The notes under the pieces: generated by a model
What the model saw: only the letters and a program-made list of their open reading frames with translations
Database searches by the model: none
What the model was told of the DNA's origin: nothing
Assembly: GCF_009914755.1 (NCBI RefSeq)
Contig: NC_060938.1
From: the human T2T-CHM13v2.0 reference genome, Homo sapiens
Length of the DNA: 64,000 nt
Direction: 5' to 3' (one strand)
Shown: piece after piece, positions 58,976 to 64,000 of the stretch
Layout of the letters: the number at the start of each line of letters is the position of its first letter
Position numbering within the stretch: position 1 is the first letter of the stretch
Made by a program: the position numbers and the translations under genes

Positions 58976-61900
58976 AGTAAATACATCTGGTCTCACTACG
59001 TGTTAACCACACACCCATGAAGAACTCAAGTCAAGAGAGAGTCGGTAAAAGACTCTCAGCATTCTCTCCCGAAAGCAGTGAGGTGGATGGCGGCCGTGTG
59101 TCCCGAGCTCCTGTGGTTTCAGGTGATTTCCAATGTTTCCAGAGAGGCGCGAGCCGCAGTCATTCGGGGCATCCGAGCACGAGATGGGGTTTCTGACGCG
59201 ACTTAAGGGCCAGGAAGGGCCAGAATCTGCCAAGGCCTGTGTCCCAGTGTGGGGTCGATGGAACCCAAGGTAGAGGGAGTCTGTGGTCCGCACGGAGAGA
59301 GCTCCAGCCCTAGGCCCCACTGTGCAGACTGAATCAGAAGGAAGAGAGTCCTTCGTCCTACATGCCACATTCCTCCACAGAACTTGGGAGCAAATCCATT
59401 TTCCAAACATGAGGTGACTCTCGCTTTGCAATGGATAACAAGGGGACGGGCTTTCCAGAGTCTGCAGGGTAAAGAAGTCATTCTGGCTCGGCCTCCCCCA
59501 TCCCCTGGTAACTGGTGAGTTTAAATGAGCCAAGGCTGGCTGGGCCGGAGCTCCTACGGTGGGGGGAGGGGGGTGGGCAGGGTTGGGGGGTGCCTGAGGC
59601 ACTGCAGAAAGTGGGTCTGAGCCTCGAGGATGACGGTGCTGCAGGAACCCGTCCAGGCTGCTATATGGCAAGCACTAAACCACTATGCTTACTGAAATGG
59701 GGTTTTCCTCGCAGAACACCTTTATGCAGAAGTACACTCAGAAGAAGCCAAGTTTTACTGGCGTCTTGTTCTTACCACCCAGGAAAGGCCTACAAAGCAT
59801 ATAGACTCTTGAAAGGACACAGTTGTCCTACACTGCAATGCAAATACCTGCTTGCAAAATGTTGTGTTGATCTCAGCAAGCTTGCACAAGGGGAACAAAT
59901 CTTATCCGGTGGAGTGTTTAATAAGTAGAAAAGCCATGATGATATTGTTACTGAGTTTGGTGATTCAGCTTGCTTTCCCCTTCCATTGTTGGGAGATGTA
60001 TATTGCAAGACTGATCAGCTTGCCAAAGGATCAGAATGTGACCAAAAGTGGCTTAGTTTAAAGCCTTTCCTCTGGTATCCCTTTGAATCATTATGTGAAA
60101 TAGGTGAAAAGCCAGATCCTGACCAAACATTTAAATTCACATCGTTTCAGAACTTTAGCAACTGTCTGCCCAACTCTTGCACAACACAAGTACCTAGTCA
60201 TAGTTTATGTCACAGACAGCCTGAGACCTTTCTTACGGAAACAACTGAATTAAACAGATTGAATTTAGAATCTTCCAATTCAAAGTATTCCTTGAATACA
60301 GATTCCTCAGTGTCTTCTACTGATTCAGCGTAATTTCACCTGATACTGTCCCACTGGGAACAGGAACTTCCATATTATCTAAACAGGTTCAAAATAAACC
60401 AAAAACTGGTCGAAGTTTATTAGGAGGACCAGGAGCTCTTAGTCCATTAACCCCAAGTTTTGGGATTTTGCCATTAGAAACCCCAAGTCCTGGAGATGGA
60501 TCCTATTTACAAAACTACACTAATACACCTTCTGAAATTAATGTGCCATCCACCAGAGCCCCTTCAAAAAAGTCTGTTGCCAGAATCGGCCAAACTGGAG
60601 CAAAGTCTGTCTTCTCACAGAGTGGAAGTAGAAGAGAGGTAACTCCAATTCTTGCACAAACAGAAAGTTCTGGTCCATAAATAAGTACAACACCTCAGGT
60701 ATTGAGCCCCACTATGACATCTCCCCTAAATGCACTGCCTCGAAGAAATTCATGACTGTTTACTAGTGACAGTTCCACAACAAAGGAGAATAGGAAGAAA
60801 TTAAAAAAGAAGTTTCCACCTAAAATCCCAAACAGAAAAACAAAAAGTAAAACTAATAAAGGAGGAATAACTCAACCTAACATAAATGATAGCCTGGAAA
60901 TTACAAAATTGGACTCTTTCATCATTTCAGAAGAGAAAATATCCACAATCACACCTCAGATTCAGGCTTTTAATCATAAAAAACAGCAGCAGAAGGCTTG
61001 ATGAGTCTTCTTCATGAAAGGGGGAAAGGTTATTTAGCTTTGTGCTCATACCACTGCAAAGAAGCTATAAATACTTTGAGCCATCTACCTTCTCACCACT
61101 ACAATACTGGTTGGGTACTGTGCCAAATTGGAAGGGTCTATTTTGAACTTTCAGAGTACATGCAAGCTGAAAGAATATTCTCAGAGGTTAGAAGGGTTGA
61201 GAATTATAGAGTCAAAGGCATGGAAATCTACTCTACAACATTTTGGCATCTTCAAAAAGATGGTGCTCTTTCAGTTCTGTCAAAAGACTTAACAGACTTG
61301 GATAAAAATCTGCCAGAGGCCTGGTGTGCTGCAGGGAACTGTTTCAGTCTGCAATGGGAACACGATATTGCAATTAAATTCTTCCAGAGAGCTATCCAAG
61401 TAGATCCAAATTATGCTTATGCCTATACTCTATTAGGGCGAGAGTTTGTCTTAACTGAAGAATTGGACAAAGCATTAGCTTGTTTTTGAAATGCTATCAG
61501 AGTCAATCCTAGACATAGTAATGCACGGTAAGTGGTAATGAAGTGTAAAGACAAAGTCTTGTTGATGGTGCTGGTAGTCATTAATTTTTCTTGTTAGATA
61601 GCTCTTTTATTATCATGAATTTGGTTACTAATATTTAGGGATGGTACATACTGGTCAATAACTTCAAACTAACATGTTTTCTTATGAAATGTGTGTCTTT
61701 AACAAACTCTCAAGTTAACTAATGATAATAGAATACCAGACCCTTATACTCAACAGTTTCAGTCTTCTACCAAACTTTTGCAGATACTGTAGTTGTGTTT
61801 TGTTTGTTTGTATGCTTGTTTAGTTTAGTTACTTGATTTGTTACTTTTTCTTCGAACAGAGAAATGGTGATTGGGACAAAACTGCTTGGGAAATTGGAAA

Positions 61901-62218
61901 GGAATAGCATAATTCACTTATTGGATAATAGAAAAAAAAAACACTGAAAAAATTCACTAGTTGTTGCTTTTTGACAGTGTTCCAGGTTATTGAGTTACTA
62001 TTAAGAACTTAGTATACCCTTTTATTTAGCAGTATCTCTGTTTTCCTTTTTTTACTTCTGTATAAGTAGACACATAGGAAATTACTATCCAGGTCATATT
62101 GTTATCAACTGAATAACATATGAAAAAGTTTGGTCCTACATCTGCCTCAACACCATACTTACTGTTGACGTTTATTGTATTTTTCTGAACTGACTTAAAA
62201 GTTTAAATATCAAGAGAA

Positions 62219-62598
<380 letters not shown>

Positions 62599-63210
62599 TT
62601 ATCTTTGGGGGTAATTATTATAGCAGTTGAGTTTTAACACTTGATTTGCTTCTAAATCTGAAGCATTACATTACTAAAACATTTTTTGATTTGTGACTAT
62701 ATTGTTTAATGGATTATATCTCATTTTGCGGTAGTAGTTGCAGTGTCTGAAAGATTGCAAAAAAAATAGTGCTAGTTTTGCTGACAAATGTAACAATCAA
62801 CTTACCAAGACTGCCTTCTCTTCTGATAGCTATGTTCTCCGTAATACTTTAAGAACTCAGTTCTTCATAAGACTTGTGTTGTTTTTGCTTTTTTCCCAAG
62901 TCTGGTTGAACCGTGTGTTGTTCGTTTTTAAAAGTCTATTGTCTGTTCAGCTATTCTGCAGGAGTTGCATTCTTAAAAACCTTAACCATATCAAAAATTG
63001 TGTTTAAAGGAGGATTATTCAGATTGGCCAGCTTTTACTAAGAGGAGTTTAAATGCTGACGTATTTAGGTAACTCTAAATACTGAGCAACTTTATTCTAA
63101 CTACAAAATAGATAGCCTTTCTTTTGTTTTCATTTTCACTATCATTAGCACCGTGTTTAATACCTTTTCTTCATCTATAACACAATTATAACCATATATA
63201 AAGCCACTCA

Positions 63211-63216
63211 AATAAA
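63211..63216 (+). promoter_or_regulatory. Polyadenylation signal of the retrocopied CDC27 transcript
   Basis: AATAAA 18 nt upstream of the poly(A) tract that abuts the TSD. Confidence 0.88.
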
Positions 63217-63331
63217 GCAGATATATTGTGCTTTAAAAAAAATAAGAAAGAAAAAAAAGAAGTCATTATGTGGCACACAATGAGGTGTGACTCGAATCTG
63301 GAATCTCCAGTGAAAACCAATGAAACAGGTT

Positions 63332-63497
<166 letters not shown>

Positions 63498-64000
63498 CAC
63501 AAAGCCAATAAAGGTGTTTCACTCAATGTGTCAGACTCAGGTCTCTTGACAGGATACATCCAGCACCCAGGGAAACGTCGAGGGGTGGGGTGGAATCTAT
63601 TTTGTGGCCTCAAGGAAGGGTTTGAGAGATAGTCCCGCAAACGTGACTGCCTAAGGAAGCCCCTCCGCCCAAGAAGCGATATTCACTTGTGTCCTGTAGC
63701 CACCCACGAGGGAGAATCGGGCTCTCTACAGAACCCCCAACCCCCACCCCAACCCACCCATCCCGCCTCATGAAATGAGCTCTTGCTCCGTCAGGCTCTA
63801 TTCACACCCTGTGGTTTTGTAACCTCCAGTGTGTATGCATGGGTTGCGGGGTGGGGTGGGGGCGGCTGTGGACAGAGGAGGGGATAAAGCGGCAGTGTTC
63901 CGCGGGTTCCTGGGACGTGGGACGTGAGTGGGGTGGACAGAGCCTAGTTAACTCATCGCCTGTCAGGACATCTTACCTCCTGGTCCCCTCTCTGACCTAC

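Noticed and set aside
59515-61489. Functional CDC27 paralog from the 137-aa, 115-aa and 163-aa ORFs
   Set aside because: Stop at codon 22 and multiple later stops and frameshifts; the ORFs are fragments

Overview
Hominoid (human-like) pericentromeric DNA with no intact protein-coding gene. Positions 1-50056 are diverged, CENP-B-box-free alpha satellite built from several monomer families. The array has four orientation switches (~1308, ~10190, ~14053, ~30545), relic multimer periodicities and four 5'-truncated L1PA insertions. A 1.9-kb AT-rich fragment with MIR and L1MC relics (50057-51940) joins the satellite to a decayed, minus-strand orphan rDNA unit: truncated ITS2, 5.8S, ITS1, full-length 18S and a partial 5'ETS. 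The 5'ETS is fused directly to intergenic-spacer (IGS) sequence, so the Pol I promoter and 28S are absent. The IGS part holds Alus and a CDC27 retrocopy. That retrocopy is spliced for most of its CDS, then reads through a GTAAGT donor into ~1.7 kb of intron that ends in AATAAA, poly(A) and a 12-bp target-site duplication (TSD), i.e. a fossil intronic-polyadenylation isoform. I see no clearly new biological system: the components are known families, and the interest lies in the structural details. Comparisons to canonical rDNA, CDC27, L1, Alu and miRNA sequences are from memory, not from searches.
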